A stretch of DNA of 64,000 bases from Candidatus Binataceae bacterium (lineage in GTDB: Bacteria > Desulfobacterota > Binatia > Binatales > Binataceae). The notes below the pieces were generated by a model, which made no database searches, was not told the DNA's origin, and was given only the letters and a program-made list of their open reading frames with translations. The position numbers were made by a program, and so were the translations under genes. Shown here in pieces: positions 11,761 through 22,781 of the stretch. The stretch covers positions 10,561 through 74,560 of the forward strand of contig DASZGF010000205.1 of the NCBI GenBank assembly GCA_035939115.1, given 5' to 3'. Each line of letters starts with the position of its first letter. The first letter of the stretch is position 1.

Positions 11761-12213
11761 TTGGCGGGACGGATCATCGGCGTGGGACAGCAATGGGCCG
11801 GTGACGACGGCGTAGGAATCGCGGTCATCCGCAGGCTGCGGGAAATGAGCGTCTTGTCGATTGACCTCGTCGAGGCGCCCGACCCAACGCAGCTAGTCAC
11901 CCTGCTGACCGACGGCGCCAATCCGGTGGTGATTGTCGATGCGGTGCTGGACGAGGGGCCCGCGGGCCGCGTGCTGGTCGACCCTCAGCGCCCGGACCCA
12001 CTTTCGGAGCACCTGCTCTCCACCCACGGCCTCGGCGTGATGGAGGCGATCGAACTGGCGCGAATTGCACATCCCGAGGAGGTCTCGCAAGAAATCTTCA
12101 TCGTCGGAATCACAATTCAAAGCGCCGGCCGCGGTGGCAGCGTCCTGTCTGCAGCGGTTGCGGACGCAGTACCACCCGCCGCTGCGCGGGCTCTGGAGAT
12201 AGCCAAAACTTAG
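11761..12213 (+). CDS. Hydrogenase maturation endopeptidase (HycI/HoxW-like)
   Basis: IIGVGQQWAGDDGVGIAV...VVIVDAV...STHGLG pattern. Lies immediately after hyhL. TTG start. Confidence 0.75.
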   Translation: MAGRIIGVGQQWAGDDGVGIAVIRRLREMSVLSIDLVEAPDPTQLVTLLTDGANPVVIVDAVLDEGPAGRVLVDPQRPDPLSEHLLSTHGLGVMEAIELARIAHPEEVSQEIFIVGITIQSAGRGGSVLSAAVADAVPPAAARALEIAKT

Positions 12214-12283
12214 CAGGCAATCGAAAAAGGACCTTCGCAGCCTGCTCCATTACTCTTATCTCTCCCGTAGAGAGAAGATTTAA

Positions 12284-13924
<1,641 letters not shown>

Positions 13925-13925
13925 G

Positions 13926-14360
13926 ATGCGGCTCGTCATCACAACGCCGATGGCGGTCGTGGTCGATATCACCGGCGTCGTTCACGTGCGTGCCGAAGAC
14001 GAAACCGGGACTTTTGGGATACTCGATCGTCATGACGAGTTTCTTACCGCGCTGGCGGTGTCGGTTGTGAGCTGGCGTCTGGCCTCGGGCCGCGAGGGAC
14101 ACTGCGCGGTGCGCGGCGGCGTGCTTTCGGTGTCGGGCGGCAAGGAGGTCGCGATCGCTTCCCGCCAGGCGGTGATTGGCGACGATCTCGGTCACCTGGC
14201 GGACAAGGTCGTCGCCGAACTCAAACGTCAAGCCGAGCAGGATGAAGTGGCATGGACGCACTCGGCGCAGATGCGCCTGCGGGTATTGCGGGAGCTTTCA
14301 CGTTCGACCGCTCTCGGCGGCGCGCGCCCGCAGCATCCGCTCGGCGGCAAAGAACAATGA
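13926..14360 (+). CDS. atpC: ATP synthase epsilon subunit
   Basis: MRLVITTPMAVVVD...GTFGILDRHDEFLTAL is a typical epsilon N-terminal beta-sandwich. Starts 2 nt after the atpD stop. Confidence 0.75.
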   Translation: MRLVITTPMAVVVDITGVVHVRAEDETGTFGILDRHDEFLTALAVSVVSWRLASGREGHCAVRGGVLSVSGGKEVAIASRQAVIGDDLGHLADKVVAELKRQAEQDEVAWTHSAQMRLRVLRELSRSTALGGARPQHPLGGKEQ

Positions 14361-14671
14361 AGTCTCCGCACGATCAGGAAAAGCCTGGACCACGGCCTGA
14401 GCCGGGTCGCAGCGACCTGCCGCATCAGGCGCGTCTGCGCAGTGAACGGCGCGCGCGCTTTGAGCGCGAAGGCGAGCGGCCGGTGGGCAGGAATCTGGCC
14501 CTGATGGGCTCGCTCGGATGGCTGATCGTAATCCCGGCATTGCTTGGGATGGGTGCCGGCATCTGGCTAGATCGGACCTTTAATACCGGCGTGTTCTGGA
14601 GCGGGGCGCTGCTGGTCGGTGGCCTTGGCCTCGGATGCTGGCTGGGGTGGCAGCGCGTTAACGAGGAGTGA
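14357..14671 (+). CDS. atpQ: AtpZ/AtpI-like small membrane protein of N-ATPase operons
   Basis: ATGA overlap with atpC. LGWLIVIPALLGMGAGIWLDRTF...GALLVGGLGLGCWL gives two TM helices, as in the ATPase_gene1 family. Confidence 0.65.
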   Translation: MKSPHDQEKPGPRPEPGRSDLPHQARLRSERRARFEREGERPVGRNLALMGSLGWLIVIPALLGMGAGIWLDRTFNTGVFWSGALLVGGLGLGCWLGWQRVNEE

Positions 14672-14684
14672 ACAGGGGAGGGAC

Positions 14685-14948
14685 GTGGCCGTCACGATAG
14701 TGCTGTTTGCGCTGCTGGGGTTTGGCGCCGGCACGATCCATTTTGCGATGCTGCGCCGTAATGTGAAGCTAATAATCATGGGCGGCTCGATCGCCGTCGC
14801 GCTCGCAACGGCCTTGGGACGCTTCGCGCTTACCGTGCTGATTTTCGTTGTGGTCGCGATGTCCCACGGGCTGGCCGTGCTGTGGACGCTGGGCGGATTC
14901 GTGCTGGCGCGGGTTGCCGCGGTGCGGATCATCCGGGCGGAGGCTTGA
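14685..14948 (+). CDS. atpR: N-ATPase AtpR subunit (small membrane protein)
   Basis: GTG start behind ggggaggga. 87 aa, three hydrophobic segments with Arg residues (MLRRNV, LGRF). Its position after atpQ and before atpB is diagnostic of N-ATPase operons. Confidence 0.6.
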   Translation: MAVTIVLFALLGFGAGTIHFAMLRRNVKLIIMGGSIAVALATALGRFALTVLIFVVVAMSHGLAVLWTLGGFVLARVAAVRIIRAEA

Positions 14949-15616
14949 ATGCGATCGCCTCTGCACTTGCCGATTCTGTTTTCACTGGGCCCGGTGCCGA
15001 TTGCGAACCGGTGGTGGTGACCTGGGCAATCATGGCCGCGATGACGATTGGATCGTATCTGGCCGCGCGGCGGCTCAGCCTCCATCCCGGCGGCGGGCAG
15101 GCGCTGGTGGAGATTGTACTCGACACCATCCACACGCAACTCTCCGAGGCGATGGGTGTGGACGGCAAGCGGTATTTTCCGCTGCTGGCGACACTATTTG
15201 CGTTCCTGGTGGTGGCCAATCTTTCCGGGTTGATCCCCGGAATCACGGCGCCCACGGCGTTTATCCAGACGCCAGCGGCACTGGCGATCATCGTGTTCTT
15301 CGCGGTCCACTATTATGGCGTGCGTACCGTCGGTGTTGCGGCCTATCTCAAAAGCTTCACTAGGCCGACGATCCTGATGCTGCCGCTGAACATTCTCGGC
15401 CAGATCACGCGCACCTTCTCCCTGATGGTCCGGCTGTTCGGAAATATCATGAGCGGCGAATTCGTCATCGGGATAATACTGGCGTTTGCCGGACTGTTCG
15501 TGCCGATTCCCTTGCTGGCGCTCGAGATCGTCGTCGGTATCATACAGGCTTACATTTTCACCGTGCTCGCCGGGGTTTTCATAGCTGCCGGTGTGAGTGC
15601 GGTGGAAACCGGATGA
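14945..15616 (+). CDS. atpB: ATP synthase a subunit
   Basis: [28 protein letters not shown] contains the essential Arg of subunit a. The TTG 14945 start overlaps the atpR stop and is uncertain. Confidence 0.8.
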   Translation: MNAIASALADSVFTGPGADCEPVVVTWAIMAAMTIGSYLAARRLSLHPGGGQALVEIVLDTIHTQLSEAMGVDGKRYFPLLATLFAFLVVANLSGLIPGITAPTAFIQTPAALAIIVFFAVHYYGVRTVGVAAYLKSFTRPTILMLPLNILGQITRTFSLMVRLFGNIMSGEFVIGIILAFAGLFVPIPLLALEIVVGIIQAYIFTVLAGVFIAAGVSAVETG

Positions 15617-15627
15617 GGAGGAGTCGC

Positions 15628-15870
15628 ATGACGTTGCAGCAAATCAGTATCATCGCCGCGGCCTTCGCGGTCGCGATCGGTTCGCTGATGCCAGCGTTCG
15701 CTGAAGGCCGCGCGGTGGCGGCGGCGATGGACGCGATCGCGCGCCAACCCGAGGCCTCGGGAGCCATTTCGCGTACCCTGTTCGTAGGTCTGGCGATGAT
15801 CGAAACCATGGCAATCTACTGCCTGGTGGTGGCGTTGCTGGTGCTGTTCGCCAATCCGTTCCTGCATTGA
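15628..15870 (+). CDS. atpE: ATP synthase c subunit (two-carboxylate type ion site)
   Basis: Hairpin protein with the ARQPE loop. Helix 1 has AEG where Na+-type c subunits have GQG. Helix 2 has MIETMAIY (E, T, Y ligand positions). ATG 15628 follows a gaggaggag Shine-Dalgarno (SD) sequence. Confidence 0.85.
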   Translation: MTLQQISIIAAAFAVAIGSLMPAFAEGRAVAAAMDAIARQPEASGAISRTLFVGLAMIETMAIYCLVVALLVLFANPFLH

Positions 15871-15879
15871 GAGGCCACG

Positions 15880-16644
15880 ATGAACTGGTGGACGCTCGGG
15901 TTTCAAGCCGTAAATTTTCTCGTCCTCGTATGGCTGCTGCAGCACTTCCTTTACCGGCCGGTGATGGAAATCATGGAGCGACGCAAGGGTGAGATCGACC
16001 GCGCTTACGCCGAGGCGGCGGCGGCCAAGGCGGCGGCGGATTCCGCTCGCGCCGAGTTCGAGAGCATGCGTGCTGACGCTGCGAAAACCGCCGCCAGGAT
16101 GGTGGACCAGGCGAAAGAAGCCGGGCTGCGCGAGCGCAACGCGATGATGGATCACGCGCGGGCCGACGCCGATAGCATCGCCACGGCAGCCAGTCAACGC
16201 ATGGCCCGGGAGCGTGAGGCAGCGGAGCGTCAACTCCGCGATCGGATTGCGCGGCTGGGTGTGGAAGTCGCGGCGGCGCTACTGCGCCAATCGGTTTCAG
16301 ATGACGGGGCTACCCCGATGCTGGCCGATCGGGCCCTGCGGATGCTCGAAGAGTTGCCGCGTGAAGAACGTGCTCGCATGGCCGGCGACCTCAACGCGAA
16401 TGCGGCACTGGAAGTCGCGAGCGCCGGACCGCTCTCATCCAAGGAGACTGAACTGTGCCGCAAACGGATTGCGGACGCATTGGGCCGCGAGGTTGCTATC
16501 GACTTCGTTCAGGATCCCGGTCTTATCGCGGGCGTGGAATTACGCCTGCCGCTTTCGGTCGTCAGTTGCACTTGGAAGCAGAGTCTGGAGCAGGCTCTGA
16601 AGACTCTTTTGGATGACGATGGCGACGCTGCTCGAAAATCTTGA
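15880..16644 (+). CDS. atpF: ATP synthase b subunit with a delta/OSCP-like C-terminal extension
   Basis: N-terminal TM (WTLGFQAVNFLVLVWLL), then a long Ala/Glu/Arg-rich helix. The C-terminus EVAIDFVQDPGLIAGVELRLPLSVV resembles the delta C-terminus. No separate atpH is present in the operon. Confidence 0.75.
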   Translation: MNWWTLGFQAVNFLVLVWLLQHFLYRPVMEIMERRKGEIDRAYAEAAAAKAAADSARAEFESMRADAAKTAARMVDQAKEAGLRERNAMMDHARADADSIATAASQRMAREREAAERQLRDRIARLGVEVAAALLRQSVSDDGATPMLADRALRMLEELPREERARMAGDLNANAALEVASAGPLSSKETELCRKRIADALGREVAIDFVQDPGLIAGVELRLPLSVVSCTWKQSLEQALKTLLDDDGDAARKS

Positions 16645-18174
16645 CCGTTGGCTGGAGGACGCGCCTAAACGTCTGGCCAGCCTGACGCTCCAACCGATCG
16701 CCGAAGCTTTTGGGAGGGTCGAGGATGTCGGCGATGGAATCGCCTGGGTCTCAGGGCTGCCCGGGACGCGGCTGGATGAAATTCTCGTCTTTGCGGGCGG
16801 CGTCCGCGGCTTGGCCGTCGATCTCGAGGCCGGCCGTGCCTGATGCTACCTGCTGGGCGGCGAAGAGCCGGTGACCGCGGGTAGCCGCGTGCGCGGCACC
16901 GGAGCCGTGGTACGGGTGCCGGTCGGCGAGGCGCTGCTGGGACGCACGGTCGATCCTTTGGGCAATCTGCTTGACGATGGCGACCCGCTCGCTCCCGAAC
17001 GGATGGACCCAATCGACCGTCCCGCGCCTGGAATAATCGATCGCGATCTGGTCACGCAGCCACTTTACACCGGCCTGATGGTGATCGACGCGATGTTCCC
17101 GATCGGGCGCGGCCAGCGCGAGCTGATTATCGGCGACCGTTCAACCGGCAAGAGCGCTATAGGTGTCGACACCATCATCAACCAGCGCCGCTCCGACGTG
17201 ATCTCGGTCTATGTCGCGGTCGGCCAGCGTTCGTCCGCGGTGCGCGAGGCGATCGAGGCGGTGCGCACTCATGGCGGGATTGAGCGCTGTATCTTTGTAG
17301 TCGCCGACGGCGACAGCGCGCCCGGCCTGCAATGGCTCGCACCCTACGCCGGAATGACAATAGCGGAGTATTTCCGCGACTGCGGTGGCCATGCCCTGGT
17401 CGTGATCGATGACCTGAGCAAACACGCCGCGGTTCATCGCGAGCTCGCGCTACTGCTGCGTCAGGCGCCGGGGCGCGAGGCCTATCCCGGCGATATTTTT
17501 TATACCCACGCGCGGCTGCTGGAACGCGCCGCCAAACTCGGCGAGAAACGCGGCGGCGGGTCGCTGACCGCGCTACCGATAGCTCAGACTCAATCGGGAA
17601 ACCTGAGCGCCTACATCCCGACCAACCTCATCTCGATAACCGATGGGCAAATTTGCCTGGACTCCAAGCTGTTTTACGGGGGCCATCATCCCGCCGTCGA
17701 CGTCGGCAAGAGTGTGTCGCGGGTGGGCGGCAAGACCCAGGCCCCCGCCTTGCGCACGCTGGCCGAGCCGCTGCGGCTGGCGTACGCGCAGTTCCTGGAA
17801 CTGAAGATGTTCGCCCGCTTCGGCACTATCATGGACGAGCGCACCGGCCGCGAGCTTGAACAAGTCGCCGGCTGCGCGCGATGTTGCAGCAGGCCCAGTA
17901 TTCGCCGCGCCCGATGGAAATCCAGGTGGCCCAACTGTTGGCGCTTCAGGAGGCGATCGTCGACAAGATACCCTTGGAGCAGATGGCGGCGTTCGCGGCG
18001 CGCCTGCCCGAATGGCTTGCGGCGCATGCTCCCGATGTAATCGCAAAACTGGAGCACAGCGGCGAAATGGACGCGGCAAGCCGTGCCGCGCTGAAGAATG
18101 CGATCCAGTCGCTGGCTAACGAATTTACGGCAGGACAAGAGGAGGGGAACGTGCAAACCGGCCTGCCTGTTTGA
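16613..18174 (+). pseudogene. atpA: ATP synthase alpha subunit with an in-frame TGA and one frameshift
   Basis: GDRSTGKSA Walker A and conserved alpha blocks. There is an in-frame TGA at 16841-16843 (…[16 protein letters not shown]…). A 1-nt shift near 17864 joins ORF 16871..18040 (…RELEQ) to ORF 17881..18174 ([14 protein letters not shown]…). Confidence 0.8.
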
Positions 18175-18324
18175 TGTCGCGTATCTTCCCTGTAAGCGGC
18201 AGACGGTTTGCTGTACCTCTTCGGAACGCGGGGTTTTTCTGAAACCGCTCCGACATTCAGTTATAGGGAGGCCAGGGTGAAGGGATTTGATACGTTTCAA
18301 GCACAACCATAACCACCCTTGATA

Positions 18325-19170
18325 ATGGAACGGCTGTCCGAACTCGAAACGCGCATCTCCAGCTTCGCGCAATTGCAGGACGTGATCAGCGTAATGCGGT
18401 CGCTGGCTGCCAGCCGCATCCAGCAGGCACAAAACGCGCTGGCCGCGATTCGCGGCTACAGCGATACGATAGGCGCCTCGATCGCCAAGGCGGAAAGCTA
18501 CCTGACGCTGGAATGGGTAGGGCGCTCTCGCGATGGTTCCTCGGTGCATGGGCTGATTTTGTTCTGCGGCGAGCACGGGTTTTGCGGCGCCTTCAATGAG
18601 AAGCTCCTCGAAGCGGTGCAGGAAACTCTCGGACGCACGGAGCTTTACGTGGTGGGCAGTCGCGGTGCCCTGATGTCGCAGGAGCGCAAGGTCCCCGTCG
18701 CGTGGAGCACTGCCATGGCGACCAGTATCGGCACGATCACGACGGTGGCCCATCGCGTGGGCGAGGCGCTATACGAGCGGTTCAGCCGGGGTGGGATAGC
18801 GGATGTGATGATGGTGTTCGCGCGTTACGGAGGCCAAGGTCGTTTCTCAATAGAGCGCGAGATGCTGTTGCCGTTGGATCTGGGGCGCTTCCGCCGCTAC
18901 CTAACGCGGCCGGCGCCGCGGAGCAACCTTGCGCCCAGCCATCTTATCGACCGGCTGATAGAGGAATACTTCTTCGCGCAACTGGTGCGCGGAGCCACCG
19001 AGAGCTTCGCCAGCGAGAACGCCGCGCGGGTCGCATTAACTCAGTCGGCTCGCCATTCGATCGAAGGCAGGCTAGAGGAACTCACCAGGGAACAACGGCA
19101 ACTGCGCCAGGAACAGATCACCACGGAGATCCTCGAAGTCATCTCAGGCGCGGAAGCGTTGGAGAAGTAG
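18325..19170 (+). CDS. atpG: ATP synthase gamma subunit
   Basis: MERLSELETRISSFAQLQDVISVMRSLAA... with C-terminal ...QEQITTEILEVISGAEAL. Last gene of the operon. Confidence 0.8.
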   Translation: MERLSELETRISSFAQLQDVISVMRSLAASRIQQAQNALAAIRGYSDTIGASIAKAESYLTLEWVGRSRDGSSVHGLILFCGEHGFCGAFNEKLLEAVQETLGRTELYVVGSRGALMSQERKVPVAWSTAMATSIGTITTVAHRVGEALYERFSRGGIADVMMVFARYGGQGRFSIEREMLLPLDLGRFRRYLTRPAPRSNLAPSHLIDRLIEEYFFAQLVRGATESFASENAARVALTQSARHSIEGRLEELTREQRQLRQEQITTEILEVISGAEALEK

Positions 19171-19326
19171 GAAGCATAGGAACGAAAGCCGGTCTGATGT
19201 TCGGACTAGCAAACCCGGGCTCGAGCTTGGCGTTTGCAAACCGTCTGGCGTCGGTGCGAGTCTGAATCAGAATTCAAAAGGAAAATTCCGGTTGATACGT
19301 TTTGGCCCAGCGCATAGGAGATTCGT

Positions 19327-20406
19327 ATGAAATTCGGAATGCTTCATCTGTTCGAGAACCCGGCGGGTAAGAGTGAGCACCAGGTGCTGAAGGAAGAAAT
19401 GAGTCTCATGCGTGGCGCCGAAGACCTCGGCTTCGACTCGATCTGGGCTTCCGAGCATCACTTCTCGGAATACGGGTTTTGCGCCTCGCCGGCCTTGACC
19501 CTGGCCGCCCTGGCGCCGGTGACCAAAACCATAAGGCTCGGAACCGGAGTCACGGTTCTGCCCTTCAACCATCCGGTGAGAATCGCAGAGGAAATCGCCC
19601 TGCTCGACTTGATCAGCGACGGCCGGGTTGATTTCGGCGTCGGACGCGGCTTCCAACCGACTGAATACCGCGGCTTTCACATCGATCAGAGCCATTCGCA
19701 CGAAATTTTCGACGAAGCCCTAGACATCATATTGCAGGCCTGGACCCAGCAGAAGCTCAGCTATCCGGGCAAGCACTTCAAGTTCGAAGTCGATCAGGTG
19801 ATGCCCAAACCGCTGCAAAAGCCGCATCCACCGGTATGGGTCGCAGCGGTGAGCGCCGACAGCTTTGGCGCCGCGGGCAAGCGGGGCCTCAACCTGCTAT
19901 GCGCTCCGGTCTTCGGCTTTTACGGCAATGCTGCCACACAAATGATCAAGCGCTACCATGACGGATTGCGCCTCAGTCCCCATCCGAGCGCGCCGCGCGA
20001 TATCGGCGCGCTTTGCATGGTGTACTGCGCCGAGACCGAAGAGCAGGCGCGGCGTGAGTTTACCGGCCCGGTGCTGTGGACCTATCGAACCCTGGCGAAA
20101 TACATCGCGCCGCCTCCCGGCCATCACGCCGCCGAGGGCTACGAGTTGTACGAGCAACTGCGCAGCATCTGCTCGGCGGTCAATTGGGAGGACTTGAAGG
20201 CCGTCGGGGCGGTTATTTGCGGAGATCGCGACTCCTGCATCGAGCAGATCTCCGCTTTGAAGGAGCGATTGGGCTGCACCCAGTTGCTGTGCTGGACCCG
20301 GATGGGTGGTTTGGAGAGCGCCAGGGTCACCCAGAGCATGGAGTTGATAAGCAAGCACGTGATCCCGCACTTCAAAGCCGATGAAGAGGCGGGGGCAAAG
20401 TCCTGA
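19327..20406 (+). CDS. LLM-class (luciferase-like) flavin/F420-dependent oxidoreductase
   Basis: 359-aa intact ORF. MKFGMLHLFENP...SEHHFSEYGFCASP...DLISDGRVDFGVGRGF is typical of the LLM family. Confidence 0.8.
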   Translation: MKFGMLHLFENPAGKSEHQVLKEEMSLMRGAEDLGFDSIWASEHHFSEYGFCASPALTLAALAPVTKTIRLGTGVTVLPFNHPVRIAEEIALLDLISDGRVDFGVGRGFQPTEYRGFHIDQSHSHEIFDEALDIILQAWTQQKLSYPGKHFKFEVDQVMPKPLQKPHPPVWVAAVSADSFGAAGKRGLNLLCAPVFGFYGNAATQMIKRYHDGLRLSPHPSAPRDIGALCMVYCAETEEQARREFTGPVLWTYRTLAKYIAPPPGHHAAEGYELYEQLRSICSAVNWEDLKAVGAVICGDRDSCIEQISALKERLGCTQLLCWTRMGGLESARVTQSMELISKHVIPHFKADEEAGAKS

Positions 20407-20526
20407 GATTCCACGAACGCGGCGCCATCGAGTTGGCGCCGCGGAGACAGGGCGGTTGAATTAGGCTTGCCGACAGCGCCTCGGCCGCCTCGCGCTTACT
20501 CCTCCTAGTCCTAGTTTGGTTTTCTT

Positions 20527-20580
20527 TCCGTGGGACAGACTTCCAGCCTGGGTGCACAGACTGGAAGCGTGTCCCACGGA
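20527..20580. repeat. Long imperfect inverted repeat (hairpin with a 20-nt stem, 18 of 20 paired, and a 14-nt loop)
   Basis: tccgtgggacagacttccag ...14 nt... ctggaagcgtgtcccacgga. No U-tract on either strand. Confidence 0.6.
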
Positions 20581-20594
20581 GCCAATACAAAATG

Positions 20595-21354
20595 TCAGGG
20601 GGCAGGTGACGCCGCGGGTTTGGGTGCGGCTGACGCTGAAGGTTGGGGCGCAGGTGATGCCACCGGTTCAGGAATATACTGCGGCGGATAGTTGATGTGC
20701 CGCCAGCTCAGGATCAGCAACGCCAAAGCGCGCGCCTGCTCGGGCGGAAGGTTGTAGTCGGGCATCGCCGTGCCAGGCGATACCTTGCCGGCCGGGATGA
20801 AATGCTCGACATGCCAGGACGAGGGCGAGCGCGGCCGTGTGACAGGGCTTCATGGCGGGTTGTTCCAGTTCAACACCTTGCTGGTCACTCGCCACCCCTT
20901 GTTGGTCAGGACGAGTTCTGCCCGACCTGTCTCGGTTTCACCGATATATGGGTCGTTCGTGCTTCCTGAGCGAGGTAAGGCTTCACCCAATCGTAAGGGC
21001 AGTTTTCGACAACGAACCACACGGTGCTGTACGTTGCACCCTCGCTATTCGGTCCCGGCACTGTGTACCAATCGATCTTGGTGACAACGGTTCGGCCTTC
21101 CTCTACCGCATAGCGCATGATGTTGCCGCCGCCGCCCGCTTCGGCATATGAACCCGTAATCCCAAGGGGTCAGATGTAACGTTTGGCTCCCCCCGTGATT
21201 GAGTACGCGGTTACAACCGGCGTTTGGACCGTTTCATCCAGAAATCCCGCCTTCACCAGCATCTGGAGTTGCGATACCCCTCGCCTGGGCACGTGTGCCA
21301 GGTGTCGGATTCGCCGACATAAATAGTCAGCTGTTGGCCCTTACCGGTAAACAT
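20595..21354 (-). pseudogene. Decayed remnant of two translationally coupled genes (an unknown protein plus a small lipoprotein with a cytochrome-c-like C-terminus)
   Basis: Reverse-strand pieces lie in different frames: MFTGKGQQLTIYVGESDTW..., ...IMRYAVEEGRTVVTKIDWYTVPGPNSEGATYSTVWFVVENCPYDWVKPYLAQEA, and ...NDPYIGETETGRAELVLTNKGWRVTSKVLNWNNPP*. An ATGA overlap then leads into MKPCHTAALALVLAC (lipobox-like), which shifts to ...HFIPAGKVSPGTAMPDYNLPPEQARALALLILSW.... Confidence 0.35.
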
Positions 21355-21501
21355 CGCTGAGCAACCTGGTTCGAAGCTTGCCTCCTCGCGCGCGTCGTTT
21401 GGAGATTGTTACGCCAAAAGATCGAAAGCAACAGTCCGACGCAAGGCGACGCGGCTGCGCACGGAATTCCTCAGAATGTGCTCAGAAACAAAACGCGCGG
21501 G

Positions 21502-22341
21502 TTATGATGTGGCCCGGCTGCGCAGCCACGCATACCAGGAATCCAGGCAGGCGCCGCGCGTGGCCGAAAGCTGAAAGAACTTTAGCCTCGGGTTTACCCG
21601 ATGCGCGTACTCCAGGCAGCGTTCAACATCGAACTCCAGATGCGGCAGCAGGTCCACTTTGCTTAGAATCATCGCGTCCGCCGCGCGAAACATGTGGGGG
21701 TATTTGAACGGCTTGTCCTCGCCTTCTGTCACCGACATGATCACCACCCGCGCGCGCTCGCCAAGATCGAACAGCGCGGGACACACCAGGTTGCCGACGT
21801 TTTCGATAATCACGACTGACCTGGGCGGTGGTTCCAACTCGCGCAGCGCGCGGTTCAGCATTTCGGCGTCCAGATGGCATCCGCTGCCGGTGTTGACCTG
21901 AACGACTTTGCAGCCGGTGGCGCGGATGCGCTCCGCGTCGCGCAGCGTTTCCTGGTCGCCCTCGATTACCGACAGCGCTATCTCGCCGCCAAGGTCGCGG
22001 ATCGTCCGCTCCAGCAGCGTGGTTTTGCCGGCGCCCGGCGAACTCATCAAATTGACCGCAAAGATTTCCCGCCCTTCGAACCATCCGCGGTTGCGCTCGG
22101 CGAGCCGGTTGTTCTTTGCCAGGATGTCCTGCTCCAGGCGGATCGTGCGCTGGTCCGCTTCACTGTGCGGATGCACGTGGGAGTGTTCGTGATCCCCGTC
22201 GCCGTGGTGATGCTCGTGCGCATGCGGATGCTCGTGATCGTGTTGATGGGCGCGCGGCGCCTCCCGATCGAACATCGCCATCTTGTCGGGATTTGTAACC
22301 ACAGGTCTGACGGCTTCGGAGCATCCGCAAGTGCTACACAT
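21502..22341 (-). CDS. hypB: Hydrogenase nickel-insertion GTPase HypB
   Basis: MCSTCGC N-terminus, a His-rich tract (HQHDHEHPHAHEHHHGDGDHEHSHVHPH) and the P-loop SSPGAGKTTLLE. Confidence 0.92.
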   Translation of the reverse strand: MCSTCGCSEAVRPVVTNPDKMAMFDREAPRAHQHDHEHPHAHEHHHGDGDHEHSHVHPHSEADQRTIRLEQDILAKNNRLAERNRGWFEGREIFAVNLMSSPGAGKTTLLERTIRDLGGEIALSVIEGDQETLRDAERIRATGCKVVQVNTGSGCHLDAEMLNRALRELEPPPRSVVIIENVGNLVCPALFDLGERARVVIMSVTEGEDKPFKYPHMFRAADAMILSKVDLLPHLEFDVERCLEYAHRVNPRLKFFQLSATRGACLDSWYAWLRSRATS

Positions 22342-22669
22342 CGGCTAACTCCACTTCGTGAATTTTCAGTTCCTGGCCGGCAATAAGTTCGAGGTCCGCG
22401 CTGCCGCATTGGCACAGCGCGAAAAGATCGTCCACGCCGAAGCAGGCGCCGCACTCGCGGCATCGCGCGCAGCCTGCGGTCTGGATAATTTCAAGCCGCG
22501 CTCCCTCAAGCGTGGTGCCCTGGGCGCAAACGTCGAAACAAAAGCGCACCGAATCGCAGACCACTCCTGAAAGCAGGCCTATCTCAAGTGCAACCCGCGT
22601 GACCTTTGCGTCACCCAGGCGCTCGCCTATCTGGTCCACGACGCCTTGTGTGATCGCCAGTTCATGCAT
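22334..22669 (-). CDS. hypA: Hydrogenase nickel metallochaperone HypA
   Basis: MHELAITQGVV..., with a zinc site CARCRECG...CQCGS. Overlaps the hypB start. Confidence 0.88.
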   Translation of the reverse strand: MHELAITQGVVDQIGERLGDAKVTRVALEIGLLSGVVCDSVRFCFDVCAQGTTLEGARLEIIQTAGCARCRECGACFGVDDLFALCQCGSADLELIAGQELKIHEVELADV

Positions 22670-22781
22670 CGCCGTTGCCAAGCGCGGAGGAAGCTGCAAA
22701 CCGAGCTCCGGCGCCCTTCAATAAATATATCCTAACCGAAATACGGACCGCCGTGTTTGCGCGCGAGCGATCGCGACTTAA

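Noticed and set aside
16841-16843. In-frame TGA in atpA as selenocysteine or a reassigned (Gly/Trp) codon
   Set aside because: TGA terminates many well-defined genes in this window (for example atpB, atpC, hypD and the protease). I could see no SECIS-like hairpin. The other in-frame stops are TAG and TAA, so a nonsense mutation or a sequencing error is the simpler explanation.
18175-18324. The 150-nt gap between atpA and atpG as a site of an internal terminator or small gene
   Set aside because: Only imperfect short complementarity is present (cggaacgcgggg...ccgctccg), and there is no ORF with an SD.
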